Source of the DNA: Vicugna vicugna | Lineage: Eukaryota | Direction of reading: 5' to 3' | Length of the DNA: 20,944 nt | NCBI GenBank assembly: GCA_013265495.1 | Contig: MU058463.1 | Span: forward strand, 1,054,001-1,074,944 | Notes under the pieces: model-generated | What the model was told of the DNA's origin: nothing | The model's input: the letters and a program-made list of their open reading frames with translations, nothing else | Database searches by the model: none | Made by a program: the position numbers and the translations under genes | In this document: positions 10,664 through 20,944 of the stretch, in pieces | Numbering within the stretch: the stretch's first letter is position 1 | Layout: every line of letters begins with the position of its first letter

Positions 10664-11139
10664 AACCTTGCCTTCCAATACAAATGACTCCAAGTAGTGG
10701 TCTTAAACATAGAACTAAACATTTTTGGAGGGCAAACTGCACATCATGTGGGACTGACCAGCCCATCCCTGGCACCCTCGGGCCTGGCTCAGTAATGCAA
10801 GTTTCTCAGGGTGAGGTAAATACCACCCTTGTTTGAGATCCACCTTAGTAATTCAAGTCATACTATGTTTAAATCAGTGAGTAAATCAATGTTAATTCTG
10901 AGTCCTAACATTGCTTATAATTTCACTTCTAACATCTAATTGTTTGCATACCCTCTTCCAGATAGTTATTGTTGTTATAAATTGTAATTACTCATAAATA
11001 TTAATATTACTATATTATTAATATTATAATATTGTTAATATACAGATATTGAAAATTTATATCATCTGCTTCACTTGGAAACTAAAAGTGCTTTTTCATC
11101 CTTTGTATAATCCCTAAAATGTTAATTTACCACAGGATT

Positions 11140-11520
11140 CTATCATCAGCTTTGGTTTTATTCTCTCCACTATCCTAAAATGATGTAATCTACTCCTAGT
11201 TTTAACTTCCATCCATATACCGAAGATTCTTAGAAATACATTTCCAGTTGAGAATTCTCTATTTGGCTTAAGAAATAAATGCCTAATGTGCTTTGGACAC
11301 CTGTACTTGGATATATCAAAGGCACCTAAACTCTAAAGATGAATTCATATTCCTTGGCTCCCAAATGGCTTATATTCCCATACTTTCTGTCTCACTTGGT
11401 GGAAAATACATATATTCTCCTACATTAGAATTTATAATACTGTCCTTAACATTTTTCTTTTCTCTCTTTCACCTCCCACATCAGATCCTTCACCAAAAAT
11501 CTTGGGAATCTTATCTTTTA
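11140..11520 (+). mobile_element. LINE-2 (L2) fragment
   Basis: TTTTAACTTCCATCCATATACCGAAGATTC...GGACACCTGTACTTGGATATATCAAAGGCACCTAAACTC...CTCTCTTTCACCTCCCACATCAGATCC resembles the L2 consensus; boundaries approximate. Confidence 0.7.
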
Positions 11521-14212
11521 CTGAAAAAGGCGAAGACCACTTAATAATGGCCATTAGTCACTACCCAAAGGCTTATGTACTGTAAAATCAATGACTTTAA
11601 TTTACAGCTGGATATTTGTGATATAAACAATATCCTCTTACTGTTCTTTAATTTAACATTTTATCTGGAGAACGTCTTGCTTTGTCCAGGTTTGTTTTAC
11701 TGCCCCTGAGGAGCACTTGTATTATATTGGGTAGCACTTTACAATTATAATCAGCAAACACAACATAAACCAACAAGAGAAATATTATTAATTTCTTGGT
11801 TGGTCTGACATCAGTATGCACATTTATGAGCCAGGTTTGGAAAGAACAGCTTTATTTAATGTTAAGAATTTAAACTGGCTACGATTCACTTATGCTGGTT
11901 TCTTTACACTTTTCCTGAGCAATTAAGATACAAATATTTTAACCTATTAAAACAGATTATCCTTAAGCAGCTAGCTTATAATCAAAATTTATTTGATTTT
12001 ATGTGGTTATTTAAACTAGGCTTTATATTTGTACTTGAAAGGCTCTCATGCTGGCCACATTACAAACTTAATTGTGGAATAGACAAGTTGATTAATTGAG
12101 TATTTTCTCCAGTTTCCTCTCTCCTATTTAGATCCCTGTATCCAAACTCTCATGTTATTAGGAAAATGTTTTTTGTTAATGCCTGGTATGCTCTCTTCAA
12201 GTGAATTAGCAACCTTTTTAGTATTTAGTGTTAAAGCAGGCAAAACCTTCAGTATTATGTTCCACAGCAATGCGACGCTTCAAATATAGGAAAGGACATC
12301 AATATAGCCAGTTGAGTCAATGCAGTCCCCTGAGTAGGACTGAGGCGGCAGTAGAAGAGATGAGAGTCCCAGAGATTAAAGAGAAATTTAAATAGTAATC
12401 GCCTTTACGCATGCCATTTTGCTGGCACTAGTTATTATTAGGGTAACTCAGAAGTGGATAAAGAGTGAATGTCAATCACCTAATAAATCATAGTAGATAA
12501 AATTTAGAAGAGATTTTTTGCATTTGCTTTTTTTCCCCCTATCAAAATACTTTCCTAGTGCTGGAATCATATTGGATCCAATAATAGAGGGAGCAGTTAA
12601 GGAATATGCAAGAGGCTTCCTCAGTCCTAGAATTAATTGTCCACTTGTAAGTAGCCTTTTAGAATGCTTTTAGACAAGAACCAATAGCATTAAAATTTAT
12701 GAGAATATTAGTTTGTGACTGAATTACTTTGAATTTTAGTTTTTTAAAATATTGATTTGGCTTTGGACCTTGTCTCTTAGGTTTGGCACTTGTGGTGATG
12801 AAAATTAACACCTAAAGATAATTAGATAATGAAAATAAAATATTAACTAGGTAAATTTTAGTTCATTAAAAGAAAAAACAAAAATGGAAGCATAAGCTTT
12901 TAGGAGTTAAATTTGACATACACTTCAGTATTTTACTGACAACTCTTCAATGACTTTTAGTTATATAGTCTGTCCCCCAAAATTGTCTTAGCTGCTGTGA
13001 AGAGTCACATATTCCTTCCCTTAGGTCTCAACCTCTCCAGACAGATGAATGTGGTTCTTGTCTTGCTGGAGCACCTTCTGGCTGTCTCAGAATGCCATAA
13101 TGTTGGGTAGTAGGATTTGGCATTCTCAGCGAGACCAAAAGCATTACTAAGCTCATTTGACAAATGGAAGGTTATTGGTACCTTTTGTGTAAGAATATTT
13201 CAACACTGAGGTATGTAAATCTGGGCCTTAATTATTTGCCCACTGTTGTGTATAGGTGGCCAGATCTCCACATGGACCTGGTCACATTTGTGTCTCATAA
13301 TCTTTGGAAGGGACTCCAGAGGACTCTGAAAGCATTTTAGACTTCTATAAAAATAAACTTTAGTGTCTTAAAGAAAGACTTCACAATTTTCATATGATTA
13401 ACTCATAGACTTTATAGTTTTGATATTATAAATATTTGTAATCTTATTTGCTTTCAAAGTGGAATCCTTTAAATAGCAAAATGTAGACAGTTTGTTAAGA
13501 TACAGTTACTGCTTATTTCTTAACACAAAGTCATTTTAACATATCAATGTTAAATTTCACATCCAGTAAAGGACAAAATTATTTTAAAATGCATTTTTAA
13601 AATACATTTCTTAAATATATTTTCCTAAGTAAAGAGCAGATGGCATATTTAATATGAAGTTATTTCTAAAAATATTTTACTTTACACATACTAACATATA
13701 TTACATTTAAACTATATTATAAACATCAGCATTTATTTTCTAAGAAAATGGGACTTGTGATCACAGGTTATTCTTATGGAAGTATTTGGTTTTTACAGTC
13801 TTTTCCAAGATAAGAACCTGGGGAATTCAGCACTCACTATAAAGTTGAAAAGACCTTAAGTCAGTCAGATTGTTTTATTTCTAAGAAAAGTACAGATCAA
13901 GAAAAACATTTTGTAGCTTTTCTTCTAGTCCATTTTATGTATATCTGAAATAGTTTCTTTTTTATGGAGGCTAATTAGAAATATAAACAAGTAATTCATT
14001 TTTAATTCTTTATAACAAGTATTCTGTTATGGTTACACAGACATTAGTATAAACTATTAAACTATTATGAAAATTTTAAGTGAAAATTGTGTTAACTTGT
14101 TTTAAGACGGGTAGGTCTGGGAAATTTTTAGTGTGTATGAGAGCATTGTTACTAAGGTAACTTTTTAGAAACTAAAATGGAATTAGTCTCTTTAATATAA
14201 ATATACTTTATT

Positions 14213-14348
14213 GCGGGGAGGGGATAGCTCAAGTGGTAGAAAGCATGCTTAGCATGCATGAGGTCCTGGGTTCAATCCCTAGTACCTCCTCCAAATATAG
14301 ATAAATAAATAAACCCAATTTCTTCCCCCTCATAAAACAAAAAGGAAA
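14213..14348 (+). mobile_element. tRNA-Ala(AGC)-derived SINE (camelid vic-1-like) with TSDs
   Basis: A box TAGCTCAAGTGG 14225-14236; anticodon-arm remnant TGCTTAGCATGCA (AGC 14251-14253); B box GGTTCAATCC 14269-14278; (TAAA)n and A-rich tail; TSD AAATATACTTTATT (14199-14212) / AAAAATCCTTTATT (14349-14362), 12 of 14 identical. Confidence 0.9.
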
Positions 14349-14479
14349 AAAAATCCTTTATTAAAATATACATCAATATACAAATTGTATGTATTATTCA
14401 CAATACATAACATTATACAGATACTAAGGAATATGTATCTTTTATCTACCCATCTATCCATGTAGGAAATAGAGGACAG

Positions 14480-14990
14480 ATGACTTCCTGTATCACTCAA
14501 AACAAAAGTCAAAATGTGCCCCCTATGATTTACCTCTCTCATACTAATCTGTCTGTTTTGTTTTTTTTTTTTTACTTTTACTTCCTTTACTTTCTTTGCC
14601 TTTCCACCCTGACCAATTTACTCTTCCTTGGATTCGCCTGTTGAAATCTTGCCTGTTGACCTTTGCACTTTTTGCTTTTGTATAGAATGCTCTCCTCTAA
14701 TGTATCAAGACTCACTCCTCCCTTACCTTTTGCAGGTTCAGATAGCACATTCTCACTGAAATCTTGTCATAACCTTATTTCACATTGCGACCCTCCCCTC
14801 CCCTCAACATTCTTGATTCTCTTCTTCCTGCTTTACTTTTCCCTAAGCACTGCTCACCACCTTAGATGTTCTATTTTACATCTGCATACGATATGTTTCT
14901 AAAGGCCATGCTTGTGGTCTGTTTCACTCACTACTATGTTCCTTGACATAAATTAGTTATTCAAAGAATATATGCTGAATTGATGAATAA
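14480..14990 (+). mobile_element. LINE-2 (L2) 3' end
   Basis: GACCTTTGCACTT...TAGAATGCTCTCCTC...CTGCTTTACTTTTCCCTAAGCACT...GTCTGTTTCACTCACT...ATATATGCTGAATTGATGAATAA; ends in the L2-typical TGAA-type tail. Confidence 0.75.
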
Positions 14991-15939
14991 GTTTTTAAAA
15001 AGGCTCAGAAAGAATCATGATCTCATTGCTAATTTCTTTATAGGTCTGTCCACATAGTATGACTAAGAGCATGTGACTCAGCTTTTTTAAAAAATTTTTT
15101 AATCATTTAGTCAATATACTAAGCAAGGACAAATTAGATTATAATTTTTTGATAGTATGCCAATTGACTTATAGAATATAATGGCTCATGAATGATAATT
15201 TTCAGATTTTGTTGAGGTTTCATTTTTGTTTCTATTATATTTCCATTTACTTTTTAAGTGACACTAGACAAGAAATATTGGGGAGTCTAGTGTGTGGACC
15301 ACTACTTAGCTGTCCCCAGAATGTCAGGAACAACTGAAACACAATGAATATTTCATCTTTCACCTTAGGTTCAGTTTTATTTTTGGTAAGTTTGAATATG
15401 TGAGGAGGCTAAGTCTCCTTTGGGAAAACAAATGACCATTAAAACCAAGAAAGGTTTAGTTATATCTGATTCATCCTTGGTTGTTGAAATAGTGAAAATA
15501 CAAGGACTCACCAAGGGACTCAATGAGCACAAGTTCTGTTAGATTCATATTAATAAAAATAACATCAAAAACAGGTATTATGTGGTGGTGTTACAATTTA
15601 ATTTCAATAAGTTTGATACTTAAAACATTGCTCTGGGATTTTAAAATTTCCTTTTTTTTTTTCAAAATGTCAGTGTGGAAGTGACTTTTACTGTCAGATT
15701 TGCGCTACTGGTTGATGAAAGCCTGCTGGCGTTTTAAAGTGTATCTGAATGAAAGGAGACACGCTACGAGCTGGACTTTCTATGGGACAGAAATTTCACT
15801 TGTTTTAAATTTATAAGATTTCTAAAGATATTTCATCTTTTTTTCTTACCTGATTCAACTGAATGTTGGTATTTTTAAAGGTAAAAGGCACCCTTTGGTA
15901 TTATCTATTATCTAAAATTTTGTATTCATTCCAGCCATC

Positions 15940-16220
15940 ATGCAAATTTACAGAATTTCCCAGTGACAGGGATTTGTCTTCCAAAGGGCATCAGATGCCT
16001 CTAAATTACTTGACAGCAACTTGAGCAGAGCTTGACTAGTGTCACTTCTAGCATGCTGGCACCCCAACCCTTGAGTCTACCCACCATCTCTCTTGACAGC
16101 TTGGGGTCATTCGTGTGTCACTCATGGGAGACCTGACAGCTCACGGATCTGTGACAGTCTTCCCATGAGTTCATCACCTGACAGTCATCTGACTGATATA
16201 TTTGATCTCAAGCTTGAATT
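15940..16220. mobile_element. Ancient conserved repeat, MER121-like, rich in TGACAG motifs
   Basis: AAAGGGCATCAGATGCCTCTAAATTACTTGACAGC...GTGTCACTTCTAGCATGCTGGCACC and CTGACAGCTCACGGATCTGTGACAGTCT resemble my recollection of MER121; six TGACAG within 15964-16184. Family identity not database-verified. Confidence 0.5.
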
Positions 16221-16559
16221 GCTTCCTGGCTTCTGGTTTGTTGACCTCCTGCAGTAAGTTCCAAGAGGTGACTGCATGTCAGTCAGCATCTATAATTCAA
16301 GTCCAAGCCATTGTTGGCCTTAGTTGCCAATTCTCTAACTTGAAGAACCAAAAAAGAACACACAGAAAACCGAAACTGACAGTCCCTTGATGGATGACTG
16401 CCCAGCCATCTGTCAAGTGACACTGTGGGATAAAGATAATGTATTTCTGAGATCCCAAGTGGGGAAGGTGTAAAATGGCCATTCTTTCATTTCCAAGTGC
16501 ACAGTGGGAATATCAGAGATCAGAATGTCTAACTTCTGGTATATTTTCTTTATTGGATT

Positions 16560-16755
16560 CTTTTTTGCATTTTTTAAACTCGAAGTATAATTGACTTACA
16601 ATATTGTGTTCATTTCAGGTATACAGCAAAGTGATTCAGTTGTATATATTTTTTCATGTTCTGTTCCAATATAGGTTATTATAAGATATTGAATATAGTT
16701 CCCTGTGCTATACTGTAGATCCTCATTGTTTATCTATTTTATATACAGTAATGTG
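16560..16755 (-). mobile_element. Short 3'-end fragment of an older L1
   Basis: Minus strand reads AAATAGATAAACAATGAGGATCTACAGTATAGCACAGGGAACTATATTC...TTGTAAGTCAATTATACTTC...A-tail; visibly homologous to the young L1 3'UTR at about 8940-8985 (AATAGATAAACAAGATTACACTGTATAGCACAGGGAAATAT). Confidence 0.85.
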
Positions 16756-19279
16756 ATAATACATTTATAACTTGGCTATTAGATGTGTTTTTTTTTTATA
16801 AAGATGAGGTCTGTACTGTAATCATCATCTTCCAACCATCCTTGACTCTCTGATAAATGTTTGCCATGAGTCATCTTTGTGATTCATTGACTAGACGAAC
16901 CTGGGTTTGCATTGCCTGAGATCTGTTACTTTTTTGAATAATATCTGCACAAAGTTGCAAATGAATCATCTTCATAGAAATTACTGATCAACTCATACAA
17001 AAAGCCAAGTGTTCAGATATTACTATTACAGCAAATCTTATTGCCCAAGCCACATACCTCATAAATAAAGTATTTGATTTAGTCTGATTCATTGATTATT
17101 TATTAGAATTGATTATATTTTGAGAAAATTATACCTTAAAAATTTGGCATTTTAAAATGATTAAATTTCCTGAAGCTCTAGGTAAATATTTACATCTAAT
17201 TCACATAACTTTGAAGTCTCCAGTTAAGCACATGGAGAAAATTGAATAAATGACTAAGTGACGTTCATAATGGAGGATATACTAAGACTTCGATACTAGA
17301 GCTCAAGTATAGCATTTTTAAATAGTTTTACTTAAAATACAGCAGATGGACTATTTACATTATAAATATACCTTGTAGAAAATGCTATGGGGTACATATG
17401 CTAGTAATTAATGACTCAGGTTTTAATAGTGTCTGTACATGCAGTCAGGAATGAAACATTCAAGTTTACATTAATAAGTTCAGAAAGAGTTTATTGGATA
17501 TATATTTCTTTCATTTAGATTTTACTATAATTCATAGATGAGTCTTTAGATAATTTTATTTTACTTCACTCTTAATATATTTAATGAATAATAAAATGCT
17601 TGCTTTCATTTGTAAAAGTCTGAATGACTGATTTTAACATTTAGAAAGTTAAAGAAATATTTTAGTATTGTATTTCCTATGTTCATGCTATGCTCCTTTG
17701 CTGTGTAAGTAGCATATAAAGGGTAGGCGAGAACTTTCTGTACATAAGATAGATATGATTTAACTAGGATAAGATATAAACAATGGAGGATGCAGGACTA
17801 GTGACTGACAAATTTGGTAGTAGCTGTAGTAATACCCAGGATGGACTTGGAAAGATCTCTCTTTTTCTGAAGAGATCACTTTCTAAAACTTGATAACGTT
17901 TCTCTGTATAATAGCAAAATCCTGGCCCAGGGTGGAATATGTTCTGACCACCAGACAAATAAGAAGTTATGCAGATCCCTGCTATTACACAAAATCAGAT
18001 ATCTTATGTGTAATAAAGCAATTGCTTACCACCATATTGATTATGAAAATATCCAATTTCATGTCCTGTCAGAAAGACTGATTATTTTTGCTATCTTTAG
18101 TTTAAAAGTCTTTAATAAATCTTAATTAATTTTATGGCATTTATTCTTAGAAGTAAATATCTAAAGGTTGCATTTGTTTTCAAAACCAGTGAAACATTTA
18201 TTTTCTTCTTTTATAAAGACTTCAGATATACAGTTTTCTTTCATGAAACTAAAAAGAAAGGGAGCATTTTATTCAGCTGACAGAATGATATACAGTCACT
18301 TTAGAGTTAAAAAAAACTTATGTTGTGAAATAAGTAAATTAAACAGGAAACAGGTATAACTTAAACCCACTCTTATTTATAATTCTCATGGTCTAAAATT
18401 GCATCCTCAATTAGACTTTTGAAATGATTAAACTCTAGCCTTGCTTGTTTCATGAATGCATTATTTTTATAATATAAAAACAGTCTTCTATTTGATAAAT
18501 GGTAAAGACCTGTAATTATTTTTCTATTTTGTAAAATGCTTAAAAAGAATTTATAAGTGCACTTAGGAAAGGGCTAATAGAAATGTTCAAAGTTTTATCC
18601 AAAGGCGCACAGCTCACTAGAGAAGCAGATGCTTTAGCAACAGGGGTAGGAAACCTGTAGTTTAAATCTAAAGGATTATAATGTGGCGTGTTCACTGAAA
18701 GCATCCTCTTTGATCCTCTAAGGCAGAAAAGGGATGTGAGAATTAAAAGGGCAAAGAATAAAAGCTAAACTGTGAATTTAAATACTCTCCATGTGTAAAT
18801 CCAAAGAGCTAAGAAAGCATAACTTAGAAATTATCTTTTACTCTAGATCACATTTGCTTCTTGGAAAAATGATGAAATTTTGAATGCTCACTTGTAGGCT
18901 ATTGAAATGAGTAAATTATGAGGGAAAGGAAGCCCAGTTACATGCTTCATTATTATGAAACATATAAGAAACAGGGTTTTGCTATAAGATGGTATCAAAT
19001 CCTGAAATATATGCGTTTTTATAAAAAATATTTTTTGCTTTCTTACATTGTGTCTTACCATATTGTGTCTCTCTCATTGTGGATGAAAAACTCAGTGTTG
19101 ATACAGATGAGGGAAAAATTCTTTACTGTAGTATCTTCTCTCCAGCTTCCAATACCTCTATTTGGTTCACAATTCTGTAGATGTGTTGTTGTAAATATCA
19201 AGTATAAACTGAGTGAGATCAAAAAGGATGAATGCAATGGTTAGAACTATGTTGATGAAAAGAAATCCTCGAAATGAGT

Positions 19280-20359
19280 TCACATTTGTTTAAAGTTAAA
19301 CATAGGGGAGACTGAGAAGATGGCGGAGTAGAAGGATGCTCGTAAGTCACCCTCTCCCACAAATACACCAAGACCCACATCTACAGACCCACTCAGCCAA
19401 CCAGAGCACCTGCGGAACTCCGACAGAACATCGCCCTCTTCAAAAGATAAAGACGCCAAAAATCTGGTAGGAGAAAAGGAAAAAAGAAAGAACAAAAGGC
19501 AAAGCAGCGCGGGACGGGTCCTGCGGGGAGGGAGCGGCAAAGGAGGACTGGCGCTCGCTCCCTGGGTCTCCCCTCTCCAACTGAGAGGCCAGCGGGACGG
19601 AGGGGGAGCCTCCAAGGCTCGGATCTGTAAAGAGCAGCCCTTGTCTGACAGAACTAAGTTAAATGGGCACAGAGCGTCCCCCCGACACCCAGCCTGAGAG
19701 GCGGGCCGACAGCGGCAGGCAGGGCCAGGCTGCACAAGCAGGGCGGAGGACGGGGGCGGCTGCATGGAGGCAGCTCCGGGGGACTGCAAGGGGCTGGGCG
19801 CCGGGGCTGTGGGTGTACAGGACAGAACAACCTGGGCCCTCCATAAAACAGCCAAGGTTGACGTGGTCTCGGGGGAAGGGTGCATACTCCCATCTCTGAA
19901 AACCCGCGAAAACTTTTCAGGGGAAGAGAGGCAGGGCCCAGGCACAGCCGCCATATTCTCCAGCGATGAGCACCCAGGCGGGGGCAGGGGCGAAACATGC
20001 ATCCGCACCAAAGGGCTCAGCAGCCTCAAAGGCCAGACTGAGACGGGCCTACAGCCCGGGGCAGATAGGATCCTTCCACCCTGGTCCCTCAGAGAACTTG
20101 CTCCACAAAGACAAACAAGGAGCTGGGTCTTGGCTCGGAGCAGGGACGAGGCTGTCCCTTGGTCTTCCCCAAGCCCACCCGCGGAGCGCTGACCAGGGCG
20201 GAGCATCAAGAGGAGCGCGCAGCCGCACAGAGCAGCGGAGCTACTGGCAGCGCAGGTGGAGGGAGAGCGGCCCCCTGCCTGTCGGGCAGGAACACAGCCC
20301 CTGACCGAGGTGCTGGGAGGGGGCATGACCCGCCCTCCTGCCTGGCCAGTCTGCAACAT
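19280..20359 (-). other. 359-codon antisense ORF across the L1 5'UTR, terminating in flanking DNA; coding status unknown
   Basis: ORF track; ATG at 20359, stop at 19280-19282, about 23 nt outside the element; no recognisable domain. Confidence 0.3.
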
Positions 20360-20500
20360 CTGACTGCGGCATCTGGAGGGACAGTGACCTGCCCGCCTGC
20401 AGCAGAGGAGAGCTGCACCTGACCCCCGTGTTAGGAGGAGGCGCGATCTGCTTGCCGACAGGTGCTGGGAGCAGCACAGAAGAGGGCGCCAACAGAGGGC
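19305..20500 (+). promoter_or_regulatory. L1 internal promoter: YY1 site and CpG-rich 5'UTR
   Basis: AAGATGGCGG at 19317-19326, about 12 nt from the element start as in other mammalian L1s; many intact CpGs 19500-20460. Confidence 0.8.
20189..20477 (+). repeat. Degenerate ~55-59-bp tandem repeat in the L1 5'UTR
   Basis: Units begin CTGAC/CTGGC at 20189, 20244, 20301, 20360, 20419; the last four are followed by GGAGG...GACC/GCCC/GATC; last three spaced exactly 59 nt; first unit weakest. Confidence 0.65.
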
Positions 20501-20817
20501 CTATGAAAACAAGCTGAGCTTCCAAAACAGGACGAAGACAGAAGGACTTCACATTTAAAGCACACAGACTCCAGGAGAACACCGACAACCACCTCACCCT
20601 TTTTTTTTAAATCTGTTTTTACCTGTTCTATTTTCTATTCCTCTCTTAACTTTTACTTCTTAATTCATTTCTATTTTTCTTGGGTTTTGATGTCCTGTTA
20701 TTGATTAGACACAGGTTTCAAATACATCTATTCATCTCCCCCCCTTTTTTTAAAGGTTTTAAAAGGATGTCTCAACCCGATTAATACTCTGCTTCAACTC
20801 GCTCTTCTATTATTCAT

Positions 20818-20944
20818 AGAGGCAGAGATTCCCAATTAAAAGAACAAGAGAAATCCCCTGAAAGAAAGATCAATGAAATAGACATCCATAGCCTACTAGA
20901 TCAAGATTTCAAAAAAGGAGTGATCAAATTGCTGAAGGGAAGGA
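20818..20944 (+). pseudogene. L1 ORF1 N-terminal fragment without a start codon (partial, cut by window end)
   Basis: RGRDSQLKEQEKSPERKINEIDIHSLLDQDFKKGVIKLLKGR resembles laurasiatherian ORF1p N-termini; in-frame TAA at 20782-20784 with no ATG between it and the homology. Confidence 0.75.

Larger units (their letters stand above)
19305..20944 (+). mobile_element. 5' end of a LINE-1 (5'UTR and ORF1 N-terminus), running off the window
   Basis: Abrupt AT-to-GC transition at GGGGAGACTGAGAAGATGGCGG; preceded by TT/AAAGTTAAACATA (EN-like site, candidate TSD 19292-19304); CpG-rich UTR, then a T-rich segment, then ORF1-like peptide. Confidence 0.92.

Noticed and set aside
13580..13604. AT-rich near-palindrome TATTTTAAAATGCATTTTTAAAATA
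   Set aside because: Low complexity; expected by chance in AT-rich DNA.
14213..14290. Functional tRNA-Ala gene
   Set aside because: Acceptor stem is disrupted, no oligo-T terminator follows, and it carries a SINE tail and TSDs.
15845..15911. Minus-strand exon bounded by a strong donor (CAG|GTAAG) and TTTTAG acceptor
   Set aside because: Stops in all three frames and a weak acceptor; no support as a coding exon.
18918..19244. 108-aa ORF and other short AT-rich ORFs (e.g. 1135-1383, 9386-9643, 11293-11544, 14663-14902)
   Set aside because: Composition typical of random AT-rich DNA or of decayed L2/MIR sequence; no motifs.
19305..20500. Host-gene CpG-island promoter
   Set aside because: Starts sharply after an EN-like site with the L1 YY1 motif and leads into ORF1-like sequence, so it is the L1 promoter.
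19654..20597. Several overlapping 60-142 aa ORFs on both strands
   Set aside because: Expected in GC-rich L1 5'UTR sequence; no domains recognised.

Overview
Mammalian, AT-rich, apparently non-genic (intronic or intergenic) DNA, probably camelid (inferred from a tRNA-Ala(AGC)-derived vic-1-type SINE and the style of the young L1s). No host protein-coding exon was recognised. The window is dominated by transposable elements: a young 5'-truncated LINE-1 (6137-9135) whose ORF2 is uninterrupted from the PIP/Z region through RT to the C-terminal CCHC; the 5' end of a second L1 (19305 to window end: YY1 site, CpG-rich 5'UTR, start-less ORF1 N-terminus); a SINE with TSDs; and old L2, MIR, L1M and ERV-L dUTPase relics. 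Items worth following up: (1) a ~190-bp segment (1910-2101) copied at ~80% identity into the middle of the ERV-L relic with microhomology at both junctions, where only the donor keeps its CpGs; (2) an 895-aa endonuclease-less ORF2 reading frame that starts at a flanking host ATG thanks to a small indel; (3) a 359-codon antisense ORF across the second L1's 5'UTR; (4) a dense TGACAG (MEIS/TALE-type) motif cluster with a hairpin, resembling the conserved ancient repeat MER121. None is demonstrated to be a new biological system from sequence alone. Repeat family names are from recall of consensus sequences, not from database searches.
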